Shown here: one piece after another, positions 27,145 to 36,173 of the stretch | Numbering within the stretch: the stretch's first letter is position 1 | Layout: the number at the start of each line of letters is the position of its first letter | NCBI GenBank assembly: GCA_035283405.1 | Contig: DATEUA010000141.1 | Coordinates: forward strand, 8,984-72,983 | From: Thermoplasmata archaeon | Lineage (GTDB): Archaea; Thermoplasmatota; Thermoplasmata; RBG-16-68-12 | DNA: 64,000 nt | Direction of reading: 5' to 3' | Notes under the pieces: model-generated | What the model saw: the letters and a program-made list of their open reading frames with translations, nothing else | What the model was told of the DNA's origin: nothing | The model's database searches: none | Made by a program: the position numbers and the translations under genes

Positions 27145-27738
27145 TCACACGAGGACGAGGCCGCCACGCGCCGCGATGGCGAGTGCCAGGGCCCGGAACG
27201 AGGCCTCGACGTTCTCCGCCGTCTTCGCGGAGGTCAGGAAGTGGGATGCGGCGTGGCGGTCCGCGACGTCGCGGAGCCGCTCCGGGTGGATCACGAGGCG
27301 GTCCCTCAAGTCGCATTTGTTCCCGAGGAAGACGACCGGCACGTCCCCGGCCTGGTCCTTCGCGGTCCTCACCCATTCCTCGAGTTCGTCGAGGGTCTCG
27401 TCGCGTGTGATGTCGCACACCGCGAGGACTCCCTGCGCCCCCTGGAAATATGCCTGCTTGAGACTGTCCCGGAGGCTCCGCTGGCCCATGATGTCGTAGA
27501 TGATCAGGGTGATCTCCGAAGGCCCCTCGGAGGTCTCGAGGACGAGGGATTTCTTTGCCACCTTCATGCCCAAGGTCGACAGGTAGCGGTCCGAGAACTG
27601 GTCGTACGCGAACCGATGGAGGAGGGACGACTTGCCGACCTCCATCGGACCGACGAGGCAGATCTTGAACTTGATCGGCTGGTCCGTCCCGCGCCCCGCC
27701 ATGGTCGCCGTAGGAATGACCGAGGCGTCTATTTGCAC
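27145..27738 (-). CDS. Ras-superfamily (Rab/Ras-like) small GTPase
   Basis: All five G motifs are present: G1 GPMEVGKSS, switch-I T (STLG), G3 DIMGQ, G4 NKCD and G5 SAK. The probable start is the internal Met (MAGRG...) near 27702. Confidence 0.7.
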   Translation of the reverse strand: MQIDASVIPTATMAGRGTDQPIKFKICLVGPMEVGKSSLLHRFAYDQFSDRYLSTLGMKVAKKSLVLETSEGPSEITLIIYDIMGQRSLRDSLKQAYFQGAQGVLAVCDITRDETLDELEEWVRTAKDQAGDVPVVFLGNKCDLRDRLVIHPERLRDVADRHAASHFLTSAKTAENVEASFRALALAIAARGGLVLV

Positions 27739-27789
27739 GTTGTCGAGCGGTTATCTTCTCAGATAGGGAGCGTAGACCGTGCTCGATGC

Positions 27790-28479
27790 CTACAGCTTCC
27801 CGCGCACGGCGTCGAGCTTGTCCGCGAGGGCCTGGTTCCTCGCCGCCACGGCGACCTCTCCGCGGGTCTTCTCGATCAGGCTGCGGGCGATGTCCTGCTT
27901 CCGCTTCAGCGCGACGAGGGCCGTCGGATAGTCGAAGCGCATGAGGGCGTCGAGAATTCGCTCCATCTTCTCTAGGAACGCGGAGGACTGGACGATGTCG
28001 CCGCGCCGGAGATGCCCCAGCGCGAACCGGCGGAGCTCTCCCACGACGTCCCCGAGACCGAGCAGGAAGGCGGTGTCCGTCACCCCGAGTTCCTTCGGCA
28101 CCGGAAGCCGATCGGACTCGAGGATCGCGTGCACGAGGAAAGACTCCGCGGCCTCCTGCATCGCATTCTCGACGAGGCCCGCATGGAAGAGGTCCGGGTG
28201 CCCGTCCAGCAGGCTTCTCAGCTTCATGACCTCCTCGCGGGTCTCGCGGAGCGTGCCGTCGACATCCTGCCCGCGGTGCATCCCCTGGATCGCGGTGCCC
28301 GAGAGGCGGGCAATCGTCCGAGAGGACTTGATTGCAAGCTCGCGGACCTCGTCTTTCTCGTCGAGGCGGGCTTCGATGTCCCCGATCACCTCGTCGAGGT
28401 TCTTCACGGGCGCGAGGATGCCCACTCGAGTTATTTGAGGGTTCGCACGCAGCTTCGTAGGGAGGTCAGCGTCCCTCAC
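27790..28479 (-). CDS. Translin-family protein
   Basis: An all-helical ~230-aa protein with the translin C-terminal signature FLLGLGDVVGELRRFAL and an N-terminal RELAIKSSRTIARLSGTAI...HR block. Confidence 0.5.
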   Translation of the reverse strand: MRDADLPTKLRANPQITRVGILAPVKNLDEVIGDIEARLDEKDEVRELAIKSSRTIARLSGTAIQGMHRGQDVDGTLRETREEVMKLRSLLDGHPDLFHAGLVENAMQEAAESFLVHAILESDRLPVPKELGVTDTAFLLGLGDVVGELRRFALGHLRRGDIVQSSAFLEKMERILDALMRFDYPTALVALKRKQDIARSLIEKTRGEVAVAARNQALADKLDAVRGKL

Positions 28480-29791
28480 GAATCAGGCGCATTCGCTCGA
28501 CCTTCCCCTGGACGACCTCGGGCTTGCCGATATCCCGCCTCGCGTAGAACGTCCCCGACACGAATGCCAGGGCTTCCTCCGCGATCGATTCCGCGGATCC
28601 GAGGTCCTCTGCCAGGCCTACGACGGCGAGGGATCGGGACGTCGTCGTGTACAGGTGGTCCCCCTTTCGGTCCACCGCCGCGTAGAACAACTTTGCCCCC
28701 GCGCGGCGGACGCTCTCTTCGTCGACCTTCAGGACCTCGCCGGCCCTCGGATGGGAGCCGTAGCCGGTAGGGACGACGTACTTGCAGACGGTGGCCAATC
28801 GAGCGAAGGAGATCGTGTCCGGAAGCCGTCCCTCCGTGAGGCGGACGCACAGGTCCGCGAAGTCGTCCTCGAGAATCGGCAGGACGTTCATCGACTCCGG
28901 ATCCGCGAACCGGACGTTGTACTCGAGGAGTTTCGGGCCGTCCCGCGTGACCATGAACCCGCCGTACAGAACTCCCCGGAAGGGGGCGCCCCGAGACTTC
29001 ATCGCCTCGACGGTCTTCCTCATTGTGGTGGCGGCCTGGTCGTAGTCCTGCGAGGTGACGAAGGGAAGTCGGTGGTCTGCGTCGCTGTACGATCCCATGC
29101 CCCCGGTGTTGGGGCCTCTGTCCCCCTCGTAGGCCCGTTTGTGGTCTTGCGCAAGCGGGCAGAAGAGAAGCCGTTCCCCGTCGCAGAGAGCCTGTAGGGA
29201 GAACTCCTCCCCCGTGACTTTCTCCTCGACGAGGAACCGGGCGGCGCCTCCGATCTGCTTCTCCAGGATCTCCTTCCCGTAGGCGAGGGCCTCCCCTTTC
29301 GTCCTGAAGTGGTCGCCCCAGACCCGGACTCCTTTGCCGCCCGTCAGCCCGAGTGGTTTGATCACGAACTCCGTGTCCGCGTCGTTCACCCACTCCTCGA
29401 ACGGCCCGAACGCGTCGAAGGTCCAGAACTGGGGGAGGCCAGGGATCCCCTCCTCCCGCATGAGGTCCCGCGTGAACTCCTTGTTCGCCTCGAGCTGCGC
29501 GGCCGCACGATTCGGGCCCACGGTCGGGATCTCCGAGGCCTCGAGCCGGTCGACAATTCCCTCGGCCAGAGGCGCCTCCGGACCGATCACCGCAAGCTCC
29601 GCGCCTCGATCCTTCGCCCACGCGGCGATCCGGTCGACCGCGGACACATCGCCCAGGAGGACATCCTTCGCCACCCGTCGGATCCCCGGATTCTGATTGG
29701 ACATCGCGGCGAAGATCTCCGCCTCGCTCCGGTGGAGAGCCTCCACGATGCAGTGTTCGCGGCCTCCCCCGCCCACGACGAGCACCCGCAT
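28466..29791 (-). CDS. purD: Phosphoribosylamine--glycine ligase
   Basis: MRVLVVGGGGREH begins a full-length ATP-grasp GARS architecture of 441 aa. Confidence 0.85.
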   Translation of the reverse strand: MRVLVVGGGGREHCIVEALHRSEAEIFAAMSNQNPGIRRVAKDVLLGDVSAVDRIAAWAKDRGAELAVIGPEAPLAEGIVDRLEASEIPTVGPNRAAAQLEANKEFTRDLMREEGIPGLPQFWTFDAFGPFEEWVNDADTEFVIKPLGLTGGKGVRVWGDHFRTKGEALAYGKEILEKQIGGAARFLVEEKVTGEEFSLQALCDGERLLFCPLAQDHKRAYEGDRGPNTGGMGSYSDADHRLPFVTSQDYDQAATTMRKTVEAMKSRGAPFRGVLYGGFMVTRDGPKLLEYNVRFADPESMNVLPILEDDFADLCVRLTEGRLPDTISFARLATVCKYVVPTGYGSHPRAGEVLKVDEESVRRAGAKLFYAAVDRKGDHLYTTTSRSLAVVGLAEDLGSAESIAEEALAFVSGTFYARRDIGKPEVVQGKVERMRLIREGR

Positions 29792-29836
29792 GGCTGACGG
29801 GGTCGAGAACGGAGGCAGGCGATTTGAGCTTTCGGC

Positions 29837-30718
29837 TCAGTGGCCCACCGCAAGCTCCGCGGCGTACACCGTGTTCGAGAGAAGCATCGCGATGGTCATC
29901 GGCCCGACGCCCCCGGGGACCGGGGTGATCGCCCTGGCCTTCGCCCGGACCGCCTCGAAGTCTACGTCGCCCACCGTCCGGTAGCCGCCTTTCGCGCTCG
30001 GATCCGGCACGCGGTTGATCCCGACGTCGATCACGACGGTGCCCTCACGGACCATGTCCGCGGTGATGGTCTTCGGAGAACCGACCGCGGATATCAGGAT
30101 GTCCGCTCGACGCGTGTGGGCTGCGAGGTCCCTCGTCGCGCTGTGGGCGATCGTCACGGTCGCGTTCGCGCCTCGGGTCTTCTGGATGAGGAGGGCCGCC
30201 AGCGGCTTTCCCACGATGTTGCTTCTCCCGACGATCACGACGTGCTTCCCGTCCGGCTCGTGTCCGCTGCGGACGAGGAGTTCGACGACCCCCGCGGGCG
30301 TCGCCGGCGCGAACCTCGGGGTGCCGATCAGGACGAGTCCGACGTTCGCGGGATGGAAGCAGTCGACGTCCTTCCTCGGGTCGACGGCGGAGACCGCCTC
30401 GAGCGTCCGGATCTGCCTCGGGAGCGGTTGCTGCACGAGAATCCCGTGGACCTTCGGATCGCGGTTGAGGTGAACGACCTCGTCGAGGACCTTGGCCTCT
30501 GGGGTCGCTTCGGGCAGCTCGATCGTCCAGTGGGGCAGGCCCATCTCCGCGCAGGCTTTGCCTTTCATCCGCACGTACAGGCGCGAGGCGGGATTGTCGC
30601 CGACGAGGACCGCCGCGAGCCCCGGTGCGGTTCCCGCGGCCGACAGGCGCTCGATCCTCGGCCGGAGATCCGCGCGGACCTCCTCCGCAATCCGCTTCCC
30701 GTCGATCAGGTCGCCCAC
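29837..30718 (-). CDS. folD: Bifunctional methylene-THF dehydrogenase / methenyl-THF cyclohydrolase
   Basis: DGKRIAEEVR...AVLVGDNPASRLYVRMKGKAC...VVIVGRSNIVGKPLAALL are FolD motifs. Confidence 0.85.
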   Translation of the reverse strand: MGDLIDGKRIAEEVRADLRPRIERLSAAGTAPGLAAVLVGDNPASRLYVRMKGKACAEMGLPHWTIELPEATPEAKVLDEVVHLNRDPKVHGILVQQPLPRQIRTLEAVSAVDPRKDVDCFHPANVGLVLIGTPRFAPATPAGVVELLVRSGHEPDGKHVVIVGRSNIVGKPLAALLIQKTRGANATVTIAHSATRDLAAHTRRADILISAVGSPKTITADMVREGTVVIDVGINRVPDPSAKGGYRTVGDVDFEAVRAKARAITPVPGGVGPMTIAMLLSNTVYAAELAVGH

Positions 30719-30802
30719 GGCGTCGCCTCCCCGGCAGGTAACGGGACGACTCCTTTAAGGACTTGAGCGCCCGAACTCCGCCGCTTCGCCCCGTGTGGCA
30801 GC

Positions 30803-30877
30803 CGTTTGTACGACCGAAGAGTCGTTTGTCTGACACTTTTGTCAAGGAGGAAAACGCTTAAGATGTCTGACGTTTGT
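30803..30877 (+). promoter_or_regulatory. Divergent folD/regulator intergenic region with three CGTTTGT(A/C) repeats and a TGACA-N4-TGTCA palindrome
   Basis: The repeats are at 30803, 30823 and 30871. The palindrome tgacacttttgtca is at 30831-30844, followed by aggagg. This is the lowest-GC stretch in the area. Confidence 0.45.
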
Positions 30878-30890
30878 CACCTCCACGCGG

Positions 30891-31427
30891 ATGCACTCGA
30901 ACGATTGGTCTCGTTCCCTTACGGAACGTCAGCGCGAGGTCCTCGCAATCGTCGTCGAGAACAAGGTGTACAAGAACCGCGACTCGAAGATCACGGACCT
31001 CGCGGTCCAGATGGGCATTGCGCCTTCGGCCGTCGCGAAGCACCTCCTGGAAATCGAGAAGACCGCTCTCCTCAACGTGACGGTGACTCCGTCCGAGCAG
31101 GGGAAGCGCGTGTACGAGCGGCTCCAGTTCGAGCCGCGGCCCGAGCGGCGACAGACGTCCGAGGTCCTGGGGCCTGACAAGGTCGACGTCCTGCACTTCC
31201 TCCGGGACCATCCCGACGCGACGGCAACGGAGGTGTCGCTGGAACTGACCCTGTCCGAGTACACCGCGTTGAACAGCCTGAGGGTTCTGACGGCGGTGAG
31301 CCTCGTCACGAAACAGAGGGGCCCCGCGATCCGACGGGGCGTGCCTCCGTACGTGTATCGTTTGACGCCTCACGGCCAGGCCGTGCACGACCGGCTCCAG
31401 ACCACGGAAGCCGTAAGGGAGATGTAG
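30891..31427 (+). CDS. Transcriptional regulator with two winged-helix domains (TrmB/MarR-like)
   Basis: LTERQREVLAIVVEN...ITDLAVQMGIAPSAVAKHL is HTH-like. A second winged helix (VLHFLRDHPDATATEVSLELTLSEYTALNSLRVL) follows. Confidence 0.55.
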   Translation: MHSNDWSRSLTERQREVLAIVVENKVYKNRDSKITDLAVQMGIAPSAVAKHLLEIEKTALLNVTVTPSEQGKRVYERLQFEPRPERRQTSEVLGPDKVDVLHFLRDHPDATATEVSLELTLSEYTALNSLRVLTAVSLVTKQRGPAIRRGVPPYVYRLTPHGQAVHDRLQTTEAVREM

Positions 31428-31451
31428 CGCTCCAGCCCTTGGCCGCACGAC

Positions 31452-32603
31452 GTGTACGATGCGCTCGTGGTGGGCGCGGGACCTGCTGGAGGCATGGCCG
31501 CGCGGGAACTCGCCCGGGCGGGCCATCGAACCCTGATCGTCGACAAGAAGAAGGTCCTCGGGGAACCTGTCCAGTGCGCGGAAGGAGTGAGCCGGTTCGG
31601 GCTCGAGTCGAACGGAATCCGGCCCCGGGACGAGTGGGTGGCCCAGAGCATCGCCGGCGCGCGGTGCGTCCTCCCGAACGGCACGTCGTTCCTCATCACG
31701 CAGCAGCCCGGGTATGCGATCGATCGGCCGCGCTTCGACCGGTGGATCGTCCAACAAGCGGTCGACGACGGGGCCGAGCTCCGGACCTCGACGAAGGTGA
31801 CGGAGATTGCTCCGCACGACGGCGGGTGGCGGGTCCAGACCAACGGGACGTCGGTCGACACGCGAATCGTGATCGCCGCGGACGGCCCGACGACCGGTCT
31901 CGCGAAGGCGCTCGGCCTCGTAGGCCGGCATGAACTGATCCGGGCGTACGAGTTCCGGTTCCGGCGGACGGACGTGCGCCTCGACGACCCCGAGCGGTTC
32001 CTTCTGTTCGTCGGCAAGAGGTACGATGGCGGCTACGCCTGGGTCTTCCCGAAGGGCGACGCGGTGAACGTCGGGGCGGGCGGGCATGTCGACGCGCACG
32101 CAGCCGCCGTGGCCTTCTGCCGACACCAGGGGTACGACCCGGCGCTCCGGGATGCGACGATCGCCGGCACGATCCCGTACCGCTTCGAGTTGTCCTCGTA
32201 TGCGGTCCCGGGATTCGCGGTCGCAGGCGACGCCGCGGGGGTGACGAACTCGATGAATGGCGCCGGAATCCATCCGGGCCTGTTTTCCGGTCGGCTCGCG
32301 GGGTTCTACGCCGGGGTCGCACTCGCCACGGAGGACCCCGCGGCGATCGTGGGCTACGACCGAGTGCTCCGGGCCTCGCCGTTTCTCGATCCGCTACTCT
32401 TCTGGATGATCGAGCGGATCCGGACCTGGGACGATCGCCTCCTCAACGCGGTGGGGGAGGAAATTGACGGGCTCTCTTGGCGAGCGGTCGACCTCCGTCT
32501 TGCGCTTTCGACGATCCTGCGGCACCCGAGCCTTGCGCTCCACGCGCGCGAATTCTACCGCATGTTCCGTGCCCTCGAACTGTGCGAGCGGTACGGCTGG
32601 TGA
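31452..32603 (+). CDS. Geranylgeranyl reductase family FAD-dependent oxidoreductase (archaeal lipid saturation)
   Basis: YDALVVGAGPAGGMAARELARAG is a Rossmann GxGxxG motif. The remaining 383 aa are GGR-like. Confidence 0.8.
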   Translation: MYDALVVGAGPAGGMAARELARAGHRTLIVDKKKVLGEPVQCAEGVSRFGLESNGIRPRDEWVAQSIAGARCVLPNGTSFLITQQPGYAIDRPRFDRWIVQQAVDDGAELRTSTKVTEIAPHDGGWRVQTNGTSVDTRIVIAADGPTTGLAKALGLVGRHELIRAYEFRFRRTDVRLDDPERFLLFVGKRYDGGYAWVFPKGDAVNVGAGGHVDAHAAAVAFCRHQGYDPALRDATIAGTIPYRFELSSYAVPGFAVAGDAAGVTNSMNGAGIHPGLFSGRLAGFYAGVALATEDPAAIVGYDRVLRASPFLDPLLFWMIERIRTWDDRLLNAVGEEIDGLSWRAVDLRLALSTILRHPSLALHAREFYRMFRALELCERYGW

Positions 32604-32695
32604 CGCTCGGACGACATTGTCGTCCAGAGGCTGCAGTCCGAAACCCTGCGTCTCGGGAAACGCTAAATAACCTCGCGGCGTCCCCGAGCCGGTCT

Positions 32696-33649
32696 ATGGT
32701 CTCCGGGGGGAAGTCGCTTCGAGTCGGCAGCCGGCTCGAATGGGTTTTGGAGAACGGCTACTTCGCCGTGACGACGGAAATCGCCCCGCCCGCATCCGCG
32801 AGCCCGGACGACATCCGTGCGTTCGCCGCCTTGTTCCGGGGGGTCGCCGACGCGGTCAACGTGACGGACTGCCAGCGGGCCCTCGTCAAGATCTCGTCGT
32901 TCGCCGGCTCCATCCTCGCGATGCAGGAAGGCGTCGAACCGATCATGCAGATGGTGCTCCGCGATCGGAACCGGATCGCGCTCCAGGCGGACCTCCTCGG
33001 GGCCGCGGCTCTGGGCGTCCGCGCGATCCTCTGCCTCCGGGGGGACGATCCGAAGGTGGGCAACGAGAAGGACGCGACCGGGGTGTTCGACCTGAATACG
33101 GAGGAGATGATCGGGATGTTTCGGACCCTGCGGGACACGGGGACCCTTCGGGGAGGCGACAAGGTGGACGTTCCCCCGAATTTCCTCATCGGTGCGGCGG
33201 CGAACCCCCTCGGCGGGAACCTCGAGCAGTCCTTCGCGAACCTCCGGGGGAAAGTCACCGCCGGAGCGGACTTCATCCAGACGCAGGCGATCTACGACGT
33301 GGACGCGTTCGAGGAGTGGATGCGTCTCGTCCGGAAGGAGTGGCTCCACGAGAAGGTCCACATCCTCGCAGGGGTGATCCCGCTCCGGTCCCCGAAGATG
33401 GCCCATTTCCTCGCGGAGAAAGTGCCGGGGATCGTGATCCCCAAGTTCATCATGGAGCGCATGGAGACCGCGCCGGATCCGAAGGCGGAAGGCATGAGCA
33501 TCGCCCTTCGAACGATCAAAGCACTCCGGAAGGTGGAGGGCGTCCGGGGCGTGCACATCATGGCGATCAACTGGGACGAGATCGTCCCGATCCTCGCCAA
33601 GGAGGCGGGGCTTCTCCCGCGACCCGCGATGCCCCCGAGCCCCCTGTAG
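32696..33649 (+). CDS. metF: Methylenetetrahydrofolate reductase-like protein (MetF family)
   Basis: A TIM-barrel MTHFR-like sequence (VTTEIAPP...DAVNVTDCQRA...ADFIQTQAIYD). It lies among other folate/purine genes. Confidence 0.6.
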   Translation: MVSGGKSLRVGSRLEWVLENGYFAVTTEIAPPASASPDDIRAFAALFRGVADAVNVTDCQRALVKISSFAGSILAMQEGVEPIMQMVLRDRNRIALQADLLGAAALGVRAILCLRGDDPKVGNEKDATGVFDLNTEEMIGMFRTLRDTGTLRGGDKVDVPPNFLIGAAANPLGGNLEQSFANLRGKVTAGADFIQTQAIYDVDAFEEWMRLVRKEWLHEKVHILAGVIPLRSPKMAHFLAEKVPGIVIPKFIMERMETAPDPKAEGMSIALRTIKALRKVEGVRGVHIMAINWDEIVPILAKEAGLLPRPAMPPSPL

Positions 33650-33725
33650 ACGGCCGAGACGCGGCGCACGAGACACCCCGGCGCAAGTTTAATCCGACAC
33701 GACCGATACGGACGCGGTAACACGG

Positions 33726-35261
33726 ATGGTTTCCGCGGGCCGGGCCCTCCTCAGCGTCGCCGACAAGGAAGGCCTCGTCGACTTCGCGCGAGGCCTGCAC
33801 GACCACGGCCACGAGCTCATCGCGACAGAGGGGACGGCGAGCCTTCTGCAGGAGGCCGGGATCCCCGTCACGACGGTCGCGGATTACACGGGCTTGCACG
33901 AAGGTCTCGGGGGACGCGTGAAGACCCTTCATCCAAGAATCTTCGCAGGAATCCTCGCGCCGCGGGGCGATGAGAGCGAGCTCAAGGATCTCGGTGCGAA
34001 GGCGATCGACTTCGTCGTCGCGAACCTCTATCCCTTCGAGTCTGTCGTCGCGAAACCTCGAATCGATCACGCGGACGCGATCGAGAACATCGACATCGGC
34101 GGCGTCTCCCTGATCCGGGCCGCGGCGAAGAACTCCGCCCGGGTGACCGTCGTCGTCCGGCCCTCCAGGTATGTGGGCGTGCTCGACGCCCTCAAAGAGT
34201 TCGGACAGGTCCCTCCGAAACTGCGCGAAGGACTGGCCCTCGAGGCGTTCGAGTACACCTCCCGCTACGACGCGGCGATCTACAACTACCTCGCAGGGCG
34301 ATCCGGTCGCGGCTTCCCTCCGGCACTCCGTCTCGCGTACGAGAAGGTGACGGACCTGCGGTACGGGGAGAACCCATACCAGGAGGCGGCCCTCTACCGC
34401 GAACCCTTCCCCCACGCGTCCGCTGCGACCGCGGAGAAGCTGCAGGGGAAGGATCTGTCGTACAACAACCTCATCGACCTGGATGCGGCGCTCCGAGTCG
34501 TGTCCCAGTTCGAGGGTCCCGCCGCGGTCGTGATCAAGCACACGAACCCATGCGGGGCCGCCCTCGGCAGAACCCTGGCGGGCGCCTATCGGGCCGCGCA
34601 CGACGCGGATCCCATCTCTGCGTACGGGGGGGTCGTGGGGCTGAATCGGCCGGTCGACGTCGAGACAGCGAAAGGGATGAAAGGGGACGCCCTCGACGCG
34701 GTGATCGCTCCGGAGTACGACCCGGCAGCGCTCGACATCCTGAAGGCGAAGAAGAAGGGCGCGTTCCTCATCCTTCGCACGCGCGGGGACCTCGTGCGGG
34801 ACCACGGGACCGACATGGTCCGGGTCCTCGGCGGGCTCCTGCTCCAGACCACGGAGTTCCCGACGCCCGACCCGAAGTCGTTCCGCGTCGTCACGAAGGC
34901 GGTGCCGACCGACGCGCAGACTCGAGACATCCTCTTCGGAATCCGATTGTCCCGGTTCGTGAAGTCGAACTCGATCGTCCTCGTCCACGAGGGAGGGACC
35001 GTGGGCATCGGCGCGGGACAGATGAGCCGGGTCGACGCGTGCGCGATTGCGGCCCAGAAGGCGGGGGTCCGAGCACGCGGAAGCGTCGCGGTGAGCGACG
35101 CGTACTTCCCCTTCCGGGACGGACTCGATACGCTCGCCAGGGCCGGGGTTGCGGTCGTTGCGCAGCCGGGCGGGTCGATGCGAGATGCGGAGGTCATCGC
35201 CTCAGCCGAGGAACACGGGGTTTCGATGGTCTTCACCGGGACGCGCCTCTTCCGCCATTGA
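33726..35261 (+). CDS. purH: Bifunctional AICAR transformylase / IMP cyclohydrolase
   Basis: ALLSVADKEGLVDFA...GGVKTLHPRIFAGILA opens the MGS-like domain. A C-terminal AICARFT domain follows. Confidence 0.85.
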   Translation: MVSAGRALLSVADKEGLVDFARGLHDHGHELIATEGTASLLQEAGIPVTTVADYTGLHEGLGGRVKTLHPRIFAGILAPRGDESELKDLGAKAIDFVVANLYPFESVVAKPRIDHADAIENIDIGGVSLIRAAAKNSARVTVVVRPSRYVGVLDALKEFGQVPPKLREGLALEAFEYTSRYDAAIYNYLAGRSGRGFPPALRLAYEKVTDLRYGENPYQEAALYREPFPHASAATAEKLQGKDLSYNNLIDLDAALRVVSQFEGPAAVVIKHTNPCGAALGRTLAGAYRAAHDADPISAYGGVVGLNRPVDVETAKGMKGDALDAVIAPEYDPAALDILKAKKKGAFLILRTRGDLVRDHGTDMVRVLGGLLLQTTEFPTPDPKSFRVVTKAVPTDAQTRDILFGIRLSRFVKSNSIVLVHEGGTVGIGAGQMSRVDACAIAAQKAGVRARGSVAVSDAYFPFRDGLDTLARAGVAVVAQPGGSMRDAEVIASAEEHGVSMVFTGTRLFRH

Positions 35262-35268
35262 GGGGGAC

Positions 35269-35911
35269 GATGTCTCGCCTCCGCGTCGGGGTGCTCGCCT
35301 CGGGTCGAGGAACGGACTTCCAGAGCCTCGTCGACGCGCGTGACCGGAAGGAGTTGAACGTCGATCTCGCAGTCCTGGTGTGCAACGTGCCCGGGGCGCC
35401 CGTGCTCGAGCGGGCGAGCCGAGCCGAGGTTCCCGCCTTCGTCATCGACCACCGACCCTTCGGCAAGGATCGCGTGGGTTTCGAGAAGGAGGTCGTCCGG
35501 GTCCTACGCGCCGAGCGCACCGATCTCGTCGTGTTCGCAGGCTTCATGCGCCTCGTGACGGAGTACTTCGTGAGCGAGTTCCCGTGGCGGGTCATCAACA
35601 TCCACCCGTCCCTGCTGCCCTCCTTCCCGGGGACGAACGCGCAGAGGGATGCGATCGAGTACGGGGCGAAGGTGTCCGGGTGCACGGTCCATTTCGTGGA
35701 CACCTCCGTGGACGGCGGGCCGATCCTCCTCCAGAGGGCCGTCCCGGTCAACGACGACGACACGGAGGAGACCCTCGCCGCGCGAATCCTCGACGAGGAA
35801 CATGTCGCGCTTCCCCTCGCGGTCCGACTCTTCGCGGAGGGACGCGTCAGAATCGAAGGACGGCGCGTTCGGATCGACACCAAGGACTTGGACGTCCCCG
35901 GGGTCGGCTGA
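35269..35911 (+). CDS. purN: Phosphoribosylglycinamide formyltransferase
   Basis: LRVGVLASGRGTDFQSL...VINIHPSLLPSFPG...HFVDTSVDGGPIL are formyltransferase motifs. Confidence 0.8.
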
Positions 35912-35955
35912 TTCGCAAGGGTTCCTGACAAAGCGCGAAGAAGAGAAAAAGGGTA

Positions 35956-35992
35956 AGGCCGTCCCCTCGGAAGCAAAACACCGAGGGACGGC
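35956..35992 (+). terminator. Strong stem-loop (12-13 bp, one bulge) downstream of purN
   Basis: ggccgtcccctcgg-aagcaaaacac-cgagggacggcc lies about 45 nt after the purN stop. Confidence 0.4.
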
Positions 35993-36173
35993 CTCGTTGT
36001 GGAGGGATGCTTGAACCTCGAAAACGGGCCGTGGTATTTCAAGGTTCGTTAAAGGGGCTGGCAACGTGCCGTTCCGACAAGATTCGGACCGACCGGAGCC
36101 CGGGAACCGCCGTCCGAGAGAGAATTCCGCAAACCTTATGTCGCGGTCGTCCGGTTCGACGGACCGGCTTCGG

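Noticed and set aside
30806-31177. 123-aa ORF in the frame preceded by aggagg (ATG at 30863)
   Set aside because: Despite the good SD, its translation is Arg-rich junk. The overlapping frame starting at 30891 gives clear winged-helix HTH motifs.
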